From NCBI RefSeq assembly GCF_009914755.1, contig NC_060930.1: a DNA stretch of 64,000 nucleotides, one strand, 5' to 3'. Position 1 is the stretch's first letter, and each line of letters begins with the position of its first letter. This DNA is from the human T2T-CHM13v2.0 reference genome, Homo sapiens. Both the position numbers and the translations under genes were made by a program. The notes beneath the pieces were generated by a model. It did not search any database, was not told the DNA's origin, and saw only the letters and a list, made by a program, of their open reading frames with translations. Shown here piece by piece: positions 45,626 to 58,932 of the stretch.

Positions 45626-47997
45626 ACGATGAGATCACATGGACACAGGAAGGGGAATATCACACTCTGGGGACTGTTGTGGGGTCGGGGGAGGGGGAAG
45701 GGATAGCATTGGGAGATATACCTAACGCGAGATGACGAGTTAGTGGGTGCAGCGCACCAGCATGCACATGTATACGTATGTAACTAACCTGCACAATGTG
45801 CACATGTACCCTAAAACTTAAAGTATAATAATAAAAAAAAAGAAAAATGTTCACCAAAAAAAAAAAAACCTAATATAAGATTAAATTTTTTACCTCCATT
45901 TTATTTTCCTATTTAATCAACTATTTGGACAGTCAAGATAAATGCCAATTATTTTACCTGTTACCATAAATGACTCATAACCATTGACAAATCTATAGGT
46001 ATTCACTTCCTAAGGGAAAGAAAAATCACACATTTTTTACATGGTCATTTTCTGTTTAACCTTAGTTAGACGTTGAATGGACTTGATATATCCCACAGAA
46101 GAGGCCCAGTACTTAAAGACCAGTCTCCATGTTAGCTGACCAATTTCTGCAGTTCTAGATAGAGTACCAACTGGGATATTTTTTAAACTTTCAGAATTAC
46201 TAAGTCTTCATTTTTTAAAAATAATTTCTTTTAGTTATCTGAACAATATTTCTATCAACTCCACAGAAAATCATATTTGCGTATAGGTAAGGAAAATGGG
46301 AGATGGTGAAGACAGAAAATATAGGTAAATAGGTAAATACGAATTGCGTTTTTATTTTAGTACAAAGACCAAAGCTGATAGGGAAAGAGATTAATGAGGC
46401 AAAGTGGATGGATTAAATTCTCAAATAAAAATAATAAATCTATTTAATGTACCCAGCATGCAATGTCCTAACTTGCCATGGAATCATCCAGTGAAATGTT
46501 CAATACATGGGATTTCAAATTTTCAGTGATAAAACTGCCTAGAACTTGGCTAATTTCAGTCAATCCTCAAAGCTTAGCTCTTTTAGCCCTTCTTGGACTC
46601 CCCTCTACCCATTCCCCTGAAAACACTTTATGCTCTCAGAGGACCCAGTGTATGCTTTATCCACTGCTTCTGTGGTTCTCAATACATTTGTTTATTTACA
46701 AGTTTGTTTGTTTTTTTAAATCTTCAGTAGACAATAAACAACTTAAAGCCAAAATATGGACCATATTAGGCAATACATATTTAGTAAAGGAAAGAGCATT
46801 ATTAAAAGTGAAAATTATTGCTTAAATGAGTGAGTAAACAAATGAATAATTCTAAATGTCACTCTGTTTTACTGCTTCTGGAGTGTTTTAATGTGAACAG
46901 ACTGAATTATAGTATTTTTAGAGTGCTTGGTAAAATGTGAAATAGTACCAAAGATATACAACAAAACTTTAACTTATATATTTGTGGTTTTTTTCCCCAA
47001 TCATTTATAGTTCTAGACCAAAGTATTTATTTTCTTTCTGGGGGAAGTTTACTAATTTATGAGTAGAACACTAATCTTTCAAAGAAAGTTATACATTTTT
47101 CCATGATTAGTGGGAAAAAGTGAACTAAAGCTTCAAGATGAAGAAAGATAGCTTCATTATTTAAACAGCTCTACTAACATATAGCACTTGTAATATATTC
47201 TGAATATCTATAATTCCCCACAAGTGGAAAGACTATGTCAATTATCTATTGTGTTATCTTTCAGCCTAATGAATTCTGCACTCACATATTAAACTTGAAG
47301 AGTGTTTTAGCGCCAGCAGAGTTCACTGAGAACATTGAAACACAAACAAAATGGATGACTTGCCAAATTCATCCAACTGACTTACAACTAGGACCCAAGT
47401 ATGCGGAGTCCCAGTGCAGTGCTCTTATACAACAGTATCCTGTCTTTGAGCTTGCATTTGCAGGCATTTTCAAAAGAGCATAGGGGACAGGGAATGAACA
47501 AAACATAAGATACAATTTTAGAAAAGTGCAAAACAATTTCAATTAATTACAGATAGATATTATATTGCCATATTATGTTTCAGAATTCTAGTTTATATAA
47601 TTTTAGAATAATAAAGAAAACAATTTAAATGTAATATTCCATAGTACAGTAGGAAGACATTATTGAGGGGCATTTTAACCCTTGTTTTATTTGAGGATAA
47701 CTTAAAATACAAAGAACACATATTTTCAACCATCAGTTATGGTAACGCAATATTCAAAGTTATAATGAACTCAAGTTTCTGAGATATCTTTTTTCAATGT
47801 CAAAAATATTTAACATTTTTTATCAAAATAGAGATGCCTATTCTCTGAGGTGTTGAATGGTAGAAGTGGCTATAGAATAAATATCATTCATTTCATTAGA
47901 AATCCATTTTTCTTTATGGCAAATATTTAAAATATTAGATTTATGTATAAATTGTTTAGGTCCATAATTAAATATCATTAAAAATGACTGACTTTCA

Positions 47998-48036
47998 TAA
48001 CAGAGTGACACTCCGTTTCCAAAAAAAAAAAAAAAA
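47998..48036 (+). mobile_element. Extremely 5'-truncated Alu (about 22 nt plus A tail)
   Basis: ACAGAGTGACACTCCGTTTCC-A16; TSD core TGACTTTCA at 47989-47997 and 48040-48048. Confidence 0.75.
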
Positions 48037-49299
48037 GAATGACTTTCAAGAAAAAACACAAAACTTTAAGTAAAACTTCAAGCTAAAATCTCACGCTTAA
48101 TTTATATCCCTCGGCATGCCCTTCACCTCTCACATGTTAACATACTGACTCACTAATAAATAAATAATAACTTTATTCATTTAATTTAATCGATCCCTGC
48201 TATGAATACAGAAGAGATATCAGTTCTCATAAGGCGGTTGTTTACCAACGAAGTTTTCACAATGCATATTCCTGAATATGGGTACATTGAATACGTCATA
48301 GCCTCTCAAGTTAAAATGTAATAGTTTAGGTTTTATATTCAGTATTACTTTCCAGAGATCCAACATGTATTAATGACTCACTAAAAGACTGAAAATCGAG
48401 TCACATTTAATTATTGATTTTTGGGAATGTGAGGGGCAACCAGAAAGGAGAAGAAATAAGAGGAAAAATGGTTCCCAGAGGTAAAATGATTACATTTACA
48501 AAATGTATTAAAATAATTTATAAATAGAGTAACAAATTTGCTTCTCAAGAGATAGGAGGCTTGACATTTTTGTAAACTACCTAAACATAGAAAATAAATA
48601 ATGCCTCCTATCTCCTATCTTTGCTGGTTGTTTGATTTTAGGATTCTACTAAAAAGGTTATTGACAGAGAGCAGCTGGCATAGTTGATTGCTAAATCAAT
48701 TCCCAGACTCCTAGAATCTGTTGTTTTCATTTTAAACAACCTTAAGACCCACCAACAACTCCAGAGATAAATTTACTCTGTGTTCTCTTTCATCTCAATT
48801 TGTTGTCACTCTAACCATTAAGAATACAATTTACACTTAAAAATCTAATCATGGAACTGGATGATATTTTATCAGGCCTTACAGTCAGCTTAATGGATAC
48901 TCACGAAATTTAAAAGTAAACCATATCCAAGACTCTCTCAACAATTTTGGTGATAAACCATTTGTGCTGTGAAGTATGAGATCACAGACAACTCTGCTTG
49001 TGGTTTCTATGCCAGATTCCTTTCACTCACCAACCAACAAAGGCAGCTAAAAGCTATCAGCCAATTATCTGCTTTGTCAATTATATTGACAAGGTTTGGG
49101 TGTGTATGTCATATTTAAATTATAAGGGAAACAGTGATTATATATTTGTCTTAAATTATAGTACTTAGGAAACAGAGTGAAGAAAAAGGAAAAAAAAAAA
49201 AAAAACCTAAGTGGCAGGGACCCTCTGTTTTTGAAAACATATTTGTAATCCTCCCTAAGTCCTGGAGAAAATATATAGCCATTTGAAAAAATTCTATAA

Positions 49300-49435
49300 T
49301 TTCCCCTGGTTCAATTTCCTAATTTCTGAGTTGAAGAGGTTATAACCCACTTCACAGGGCTTTGTGAGAAATACATAAGATGATCCATACCTAGAACTTA
49401 GCACAGTACCTGACATACCATTAGCACTCAGTACC
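49300..49435 (+). mobile_element. MIR SINE
   Basis: ACTTCACAGGGCTTTGTGAGAA...ACTTAGCACAGTACCTGACATA...GCACTCAGTA. Confidence 0.7.
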
Positions 49436-50720
49436 ACACGTGTTACATCTACTTTTATTGTCCTCATGTTGTCATCGTGATCATCTCTGACAAACAATCT
49501 CCAAAACTTCAAAAATCCTTAAAGAGTAGAAGCAGAACAATATCTTGAGAACTACCTGAGTTTTCCTCCAATTCCACTTAGCACGCTAGGCCAGGCTCTT
49601 TGTAAATTTCCTTTCTCATTATCCTTAAATGCAAGGGGATAATTTTTAAAAGCTATCACATGGCATGTGAAAAAGGGTTGCTTCTCTGTTATTTAGAGAT
49701 CTAATTCCTAGAAAATAAAATCAATTTGGCACTTTTTAATCACTCTGTTAAACTATTTCCATACTACTTGATATTTGGCAAAAGGAAGGAATGTTGCAAC
49801 TGTAATACCTCCCTTCCGCTTTGTTTCCACCTGTGGGAAAATGTCTTTCGTTTTTTTCTGTTTTTTGGCTCCTACACATTCAAATATTCTGTGTTCACAA
49901 GAAATTCAAAGAGACATGAAAAGCGTAAAGCAGAGCTATACAGCCAATTAAAAAGAAATCTGGTTTTGGAGTTTACCTCAGAAGGAGAAAAAAGAACTTG
50001 AGGTTTTACTTTAGCAGAAAATTTTCTACAGGGTGCTTTAATAAAGATGAGAAAACTTCACACATTTTCAACTACAGGCATGTAACATAAACTGAAATAT
50101 TTTGTAGATAGAGGATAAAATGGAAGCATGTTAATAATTGTTATTTAATAGGCTTAACACAACAATTAAATTCACAAATATATTCTCACTTGAATGACAC
50201 ATTTGGAAGTCATCCAATCTCTCTTCCTGCTTTATATTGTGTATAATTGATACTATGTTGTCATTTAAAACAGTACACACTGCTTATCCAGTGTCTGCCA
50301 AGAGGCTATTTATAATCACATAAAAATAATATTCCTTTGGGAGAAAATCATTATTAATGTAAACATTGTCATGAATTATAGAAAATGGAAAAGGTCTACA
50401 TCTTAATGCAACCAATATATAAGAGAATATTAAATCATCAATTTGTTTCTAACAGGGAGTTTCAATATGACAATATTGTACTTTTTTCATATCTATTTGC
50501 ACTCACTTCCTATAAGAAATTGGAATTGGAATTGTGCAAACAAGTCTTTTCTACTAAACAAGAGCTCATTACCCAAACACTGTGGATGGTTACAATAGAA
50601 AGTGGTTTATAGGTGACACTTTTTCCCTCAGGAAAGCAGCATGTTAATCACAAAGCAGAAATACAGAATCAAATAGGGCAGTGGGCATTTGTAAGACAGA
50701 ATATCAATAATCACGTGTGA

Positions 50721-51172
<452 letters not shown>

Positions 51173-54100
51173 AGTATTATTAATTTTTAAAAACTACATC
51201 TAATTTTATTACCACTTCCTCCCCTATTTGGGATGAAAAAAATGGCCAAATAAATAGGAAACAATACTAAACTCATTGCAAGCAATTAATAATAACAACC
51301 ACAATAAAGCTGAAGATAAGCATTGATAAAACACGCCTTGATAAGGCCTGTTCTAACCACTGTGGCCCTCTCTCTGGAATTTTGTAGAGAATATAATCTG
51401 CATCATATGATTTAGTGCTTAATTAGCACCTTCTTCTATTTTTCTCCCACAGCTGCCTTATATTATTCATTGTTTTATTCATAATCTCTGACTGGATTGT
51501 TATCTCCTTCTGGTTTGAAACTCTTGTTATGACTGCTAGCATTAAGTACATACTAGAGATTCAATAACTGCTGAGATTGATTAATAGAACAACTTTGAGC
51601 ATAGCAACTCAGATGTTGATGAAGATGTAAACAGAAAAATATACTGTCTTTCAATTGTGGAACAATTATTAGTGCTATGCAAGAATAACAGTATTATTAT
51701 GTCTTAATGTATGATACTTTAGAAACCAAAATATGAGATATACTAAGCTAGAATAAAAGTCATAGAATTGACTAAAAACTGTTGAGCAACGGGTTGAATA
51801 GTCTATAATCAGTACAATCAGTATAATCATCAATGCTACAATCAGTAACGTTAATGTTAATATTGCAAAATTCATTTTTGTCTTCATCTTTTGCAAATAC
51901 AAAAGCATCCTCTGCAGAAAAAAAAAGCTATAGAAAAGAGATATTGTTTATCAAATAGCTCTCTCTGAAAATAGCCAATTATTTATATCAAAATTTTAGG
52001 TATGGGCATATTTATTATTTCCATATTTAAAAATATGTCCGCTTAAGAAAAGGGGTAAGAACTATGCATTTATGGAAATGGTTAGAAAGAGTCCTATTCT
52101 CTATTTTGTATCCACTAGGCCACACAAATAAACCTTAGAACAGCACTGGAAGAATATATTCATGTAATTTTCTAGAGTTCTTTTTCAATCTTCACTTGTG
52201 CATATAAACTAACAGATAAGATTATTAAAATACATGGTGCATTAATAAATAACACATAATTATTTCAATAATTCTTTGATTAAACCTTAATTTTCCTTGT
52301 TTCTCATGCAGCAATTCAAATTACTCTGTATTATTTCTTCCTTTTCAGACTATATTAGAACATGCTTTTAATAGTCCCAGTGGGTTACCTGAGAAGGAAT
52401 TTATTCTTGTCTGACAGCAAGTCCATGCCATTAATAGTGACAAAGCTAGACCAAAAAAGCCACTTTAAGGAAAGTTCTCTCAAAGCAAAGATATACCTAC
52501 AGAACCTGCCTCCTCTTTCGCAAGACTAGGAGACAAAATTCTAAAATTGTAAGAAAAATGAAAAAGCTTAAGCCTTCATTTTGTTTTCTTTTCTGGACAT
52601 AGAGGATGTAAAGTAATATGAACACTGTATTAAGGGCAAAGTAGTCTTATTCACTAGCCTTCTCCAAAAACCTGAAGCATTTTATCACAATGAAACTGAC
52701 TGAGAGAGTGGTAACAGCTTCAGAGGAAACCTCCACTCAGAAGTACATGGATCTATTTCTGTGTGTATTCCAGTTACTTACAGTGACTAGAATGTTTAAT
52801 GGATTGATTTTGACAAATATGACAATCTGATACATTTATCTTGAATAGCTTCCATAGACTTCATATAATCAGAAAGCAACTCTCATGAGGGTATGGCAAG
52901 TCCAGGAACTGTGTGCTTCCATAATTAAGCCTAGGCTCGCTCTCATTTCTTCTCTCATTGTAGCCTAATTCTGTATGCTGCCTGCAGTCTACTCATGCAT
53001 GCAGCAAACCTGTCTTTGTTAATTCTGAGCTTCTGTCTCTAGAGATATAACCAATAACTCCTTTAAGAAATCTTTACACAGGTCTATTTGCAATGTTTAG
53101 AAATCTGTCATCTTTTAAAATAACAAGATTATTTCTACAAATGAATAAAAATTGCTGCTCTGGGATGATCATCAAATTTTTTTTCATTGAAATAAATATT
53201 CTACACCCTGAACTTAATTCAACAAACATATCAGGTTTCTGGCAAGGTATGAGGCAGTGGAGATTTAAAGACAAATATTTATTGAAGGTATATATAAGCA
53301 GCAGAAAAAGATGTTCTAGGGAGAGAATAATAATGCTACGTGAATATTAAATCAGAAAGCTATTAGAAATGGGTAGAAAATCACAATTCTGCTATATATG
53401 GGAACCACCATCCACACCAAACACTTAAATAATGCTTATTATGGTTATTATAGTCAAGAGGGTTTTATGTGTATGTATATGCTCATTGCTTAAAATATAC
53501 ATTAACCCTATAAAGTTATCTCATTTTATAGATGAGGAAAGAGGCTCAGAAAGTTAAGTAACTTGCCCATGTTCATTTGAAGTTTTTCTTATATAATTAA
53601 TTCTTTTTATGACACTAATTATTCTATTTAATTTTTTTCTCTCCTATTCATTCCATGGCTTCAACCATTTTCTCTTTTATTTGCTCCTGAAATCCTTGTG
53701 CAGCTCATTCTGTGAATGTTGTATCACTAGTGGTTTTGTTATCAGGTAACTGAGGAACCCAAGGACCTGGGCTTTCATTCATAGCAAATTAAGAAGAAGC
53801 TCCATTTTTCCAGACTGTAGTGAGTCTAATAAATAGTCAAAATCTTCCATTATTAAATTTAAAGGGCATACAAGTGCAGTTCCAACAGAGGCATAAGATG
53901 ACTTAAATTACGGTAAATGAAATGGATCCAAACATATTTTCTGAAAGATTTTACTCTTAGAAAAATGTTGTATATCTAAACGTCTTATAACATCTTGGGT
54001 TTTGGGTTCTCTTGGTGTAACTTCTTTTTTTTTTTTTTAACCACTGTTGAATAGTAAGATTGATGATAGGCTTATCGGGTATTTTCCCTCAATTTGGAGA

Positions 54101-55229
54101 TCTAGAATATCTCCTCTGTGTAAAGATGCCAATCTATTTTTGCAGTCTTATTCAATAAATTCATTATACTATAGAAGTTGCCGTTTAGCTGATAATTTTA
54201 ATTCAATTATAATAAGACACTTTTATTGTATTCCCGTTGATCCTTCAACTAAAAGAGTTAATGTTGTAAACATTACCTGAAGCACTTGGCATAATGTTCT
54301 GTCTCACAGAATCACATTTCAAGTTTGTATAAACCAAATAGAGCATTTTATTTTTATCATATTTAATAGGGCCAATTACATAACCTTATCAAAAATATAA
54401 GCAGATCTACAACTATAGGCATTAATCATATTAATCATTCCTCTACTTTAATAATAATAATTTTTTTCTGGATGTTTGTGTATGCTTGATGGCTAGCAAT
54501 AAGTTCTACATAAATTCTACCTTGGCTTCATGAGGGCAGGTACCATACATATTTTGTTTATTGCTATATCTACATCTACTAGGAACTTACTAGTACTGTT
54601 CCTAGAATTCAGAAGACAAACCACATTTGCCTAAATTCTGCAGGGACTACAGAATTTGTCCATATGATCCTCATAACACTACAAATTATGTAATATTATT
54701 ACCCATGTTATGCAGTAGATAGTAGAACAAAGGCTAGGAGACATCAGATGGCTACTATGGGCAAAATGAGTCTGGTATGTTATTTGTTGATGTGGTTCTG
54801 AAAAAATATTTTTCTGTCATTATCAAAATTCTACTTGTAATAGTCATTATATATGTGCTCAAGCAGTAAATAAGAGCCAACACTCAGAGAGCCATGTGCT
54901 GTAAATGCACTTTGACCAGAAATACAAAAAAAAAGGACTCAGCCAAAGGAGGAAAGAAAGATATATTGCTCCATTTCAGGTTATAAACAGGTCAAGTTCT
55001 AGCAGCTTCCTTACTGCATTATATTTTTAGTGGATAGTCATGCACATGTCACTGTTGGTCCTCCTTTAAGTCTAGATCTCATTTAAGTATCCACCACATA
55101 TGTGAAATAAAATTGTCAGGATACTTTGTAGAATTTTGAGTTGCAACATTAATTTCTTAAGTCACACATAGTGCTCATCACCACCCATGAATAATGGCTT
55201 CCTAAAGTTTACCCTTCCTTCCTTCAATT

Positions 55230-55870
55230 CTATGCTTTAGACACACCAGTTTTGGCCATATTCTACAATTTTTTTCTCATTTCCGATCCCATAAACAGAC
55301 TACTACCCATCATGCTTCATGAAATGCTGCTTTCCTTCATTGTTCTGCTTAAAGTCCTTCAAAGACTTCCCTTTATGCCAAATATCACCTCTTTCTGATT
55401 GACCAAGTGTTCTATAATCTGTCATCAAAACATATACAACGTATTATTGTCTGATGTTTGCCAATTTTAGTTTATCCTCTTTTCAGTCTGATATCCTCAT
55501 TGTCTTATAAACACATCAATTTCACATGCACTATAATGTTCGCATTCATTTTCTCCTTCATTCACATGCAAACAAAGCAATCCCAATATATTTCTCAGCA
55601 CTTAGTCAAATATTATCCATCTTTCAAGTTCTAGATCCACTCCATCTTTTTTGACAGCAGGAATCACAGATGTTTCTCCTCTGAATCTTAAAACATTTAG
55701 AGTTCGTATTATACAATCTAATGCCTAAGTCTAAACTTATTCTACTATTTATTTTTTCTCTTTTAAATAATTACTCATTTCACTTGCTCCAGTCAGGGAT
55801 CACCTTTTAGTATTCTTATATCCTCTACTATGCTGAGCCTGGGACTGCTGAGCATGCAGAAGATATTTAA
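55230..55870 (+). mobile_element. L2 fragments
   Basis: TTCTGCTTAAAGTCCTTCAAAGACTTCCC...; L2-like 3' end near 55790-55870; degenerate. Confidence 0.45.
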
Positions 55871-56574
55871 TATTTATACTCTAACTTATTTTACTCACTG
55901 TCCTAGTGACCCCTTCTTCACCTCTGACCTTTCTCCAAAACTCCACACTTGATTATCTAGCTGCTTACTTCAGTTAGAAGTGCTGTGAATTATCATTGCA
56001 CTATATAGATGTCACAGTTTGCTGTGAGAATTAATGAGATAAGTATGCAAAAAAATGGTAATGACCCTTGGTATTTGGCAGATGCTAAACAAATGATATT
56101 TGGACTAGAATCTTCACATACTTCCCTTTTGCAGCTAGATACCATCTGTGGCTTGAATAATATGTGGTGAGTTCAAAGTCTCCCACTTCTCCCGGCCCTG
56201 TCCAGTCCAGAGAGCATTGACCCCACTGTATTCCTATACTCCCTTCTTAAGGTATCCTTTTAGTTTTTACAGACCAACAGCTTCTAAATAATCTTTTACT
56301 TTCCTATCTTTTGATATCTATAAATCCCATGACTCTATCTCTGTGATAGCTCTAAAAGTATCTTAATTTTCTCCATCACATATTCTATGATCAGGCTTTA
56401 TTTCCTTTCGTTGGACTTTTCCTTGTTGATCTTTTTAATTTCATTCTCTCCAAACGATCTTGTACAACATTTCCAATCTTGTTTTTTTTTTTTTTCTAGA
56501 TTTCCTGAGTACTAACCAAAGTGACCTCATTTGCAATTCCCTATCTATGTCTGGGAAACAGATAGATTTGGTAT

Positions 56575-56785
56575 AAAGATAATACTGAAGACTGTGGAAT
56601 TCGGCAGTCTTGGATTTGAATCTCCTGTCTGCTGCTTTGTGCCACCTTGGCAAACCACTTAAGCTCTTTGTGTCTCAATTCTTTCATCTGTAAAACATGG
56701 ATGATAATATACTCCTTTTAAGTTTGTATTAGGATTATATAAGATTTCCATAGCCTGGTGGAGAGTAAATATTTAGCAACTGGTA
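56575..56785 (+). mobile_element. MIR SINE
   Basis: TGGATTTGAATCTC...CCTTGGCAAACCACTTAAGCTCTTTGTGTCTCAATTCTTTCATCTGTAAAA. Confidence 0.8.
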
Positions 56786-57971
56786 CTCACAGAAATCACT
56801 TAACATTTTGTGATTCTGTGCTTTAATATTATCACCTTAGCCTTGTATATTTTTATTCTAAATTTCACACAGACATATCCTACCAATATCTCAAGGTCTA
56901 TTTCAATTGTTATGTCTTCCATACCATCTTCTTTGGTCTTTCACACTACGAGTACTATTTTTTTTGCAATAAATATTCATAATAAAAGAGAAAGCAAAAA
57001 AGGGATTTGGGAGAAAATGTACATATATATCTTTTAATCATTTAAACAATCTTAAGTAATAAATCTTATAAATAAACTGAGATTCAAAAAAACAAAAAAC
57101 ACAAGTGAAGGATTTAAATCTTGGCTTGCGTGACCACCGAGTTTATATTTTTCCCATTGGTTCTCATTACACTATCAGGGTCCACTGGAGTCAATCAGAG
57201 TTTTTTTAGTTTCTTTTGTTAAGCAGTTCTGTTTATAAAAATTAATATTTCTTGACTTATTTGTTTTCTTATAGGTCTTCCAAGAAACAAAAGGAAATTT
57301 ACCTATTTCTTAAACAGAACAAAACCCATTATATCTTGTAATTACCATGTGACAGCATTGGACAATTTTAAACATGTAAGGCACTTTATGGAAACTTCAT
57401 GATCTTTTTTTTCTTATATTAAGCATTTTCTATTTCATCAACATAGGAACTGTTTCATCATTACTCATCAATCGTTCCTAACAATGCTTAAAACTAAAAC
57501 AATGAAGAAGCAGAATAATGAAATTGCCTAGAAAGATGATGCAACTGTAAAATATATCATTATTGCCCCATCATCACTATGATTGTTTATAGTGTTGACT
57601 GAAGTATTACATCATCATTCAAGAAGATATAAAAGAAGCCTGGAGACATCTTTTTTTTTTTGAGACACCATTTTTACAGCCTACTTTGTTTCACTGAACA
57701 CAGTTTATAATTCAGAATTATTTTTTCCATCCATAACTTCAAATAGAAGAAAAGTGACAGAGGAAGATATTTCAAAATTATTAAATGAATCAGAAGATGA
57801 ATGCAGAAAGACAGAGAGCAGTAAGCTAGACTCTAATGATTAGGGTAAAATTGAAATTGATTATACAAGTGAAATCTCAGACTATGAGTCTTCATAAGAC
57901 AATGAATTTTCTTAAACTATAGAATCAATGAGTGAACAATGCATTTCAAAGAGAAAAAAGGAAATATACTA

Positions 57972-58327
57972 TAGTAGTTCCCTCTTATCCATAAAAAATG
58001 TATTCCAAGATATCCAGTAGATACCTGAAACAATGAATAATGCTGAATTCTAAGTATGCTGTGTTTTCTTGATCTGAAAACCGAGATACCTAATAAGTGT
58101 CTCACAGACAGGTAGCTTAGAGAGCGTGGATACATCGGACAAAGGGATGATTCACATACTTGGTGGAATAGAGCGTGATAACATGACATGCTACTCAGAA
58201 TGGTGTCCAATTTAAAACTTGTGAGTTGTTTATTTCAGGAATTTTCCATTTGATATTTTCAGACTGTGGTTGACTGTGGGTTACTGAAACTGCAAATAGC
58301 AAAATCATGGATAAGAGGACACGACTG
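57972..58327 (-). mobile_element. MER44A (Tigger/TcMar non-autonomous element)
   Basis: Inverted termini TAGTAGTTCCCTCTTATCC / GGATAAGAGGACACGACTG, TA on both flanks; internal match to the MER44A consensus as recalled. Confidence 0.9.
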
Positions 58328-58592
58328 TATTCTCATCTAGTTAGCCCTTTAACAGGAAGGAATTTATCCTGTTATATTTTGTGACAAGAACCTGAACCAT
58401 TTCATTTTGCTAAAAGAGCATGTCACAGTACTCTTTCTTTATAAAATTCATGTGCCAAAATCTGTGGTTTCTAACTGCACAAATGCTAAAGAAAGAGAAA
58501 GGCAGGCATCCAAAAGAAATGGACAATGTGAATTTAAAAATAATTGAATGCATTATTGTAATCTATGTTTGTAAATACAAAAATGAAAACCT

Positions 58593-58932
<340 letters not shown>

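Noticed and set aside
57650-57670. T11-GAGAC resembling an antisense Alu end
   Set aside because: Similarity stops after 5 nt and I see no TSD
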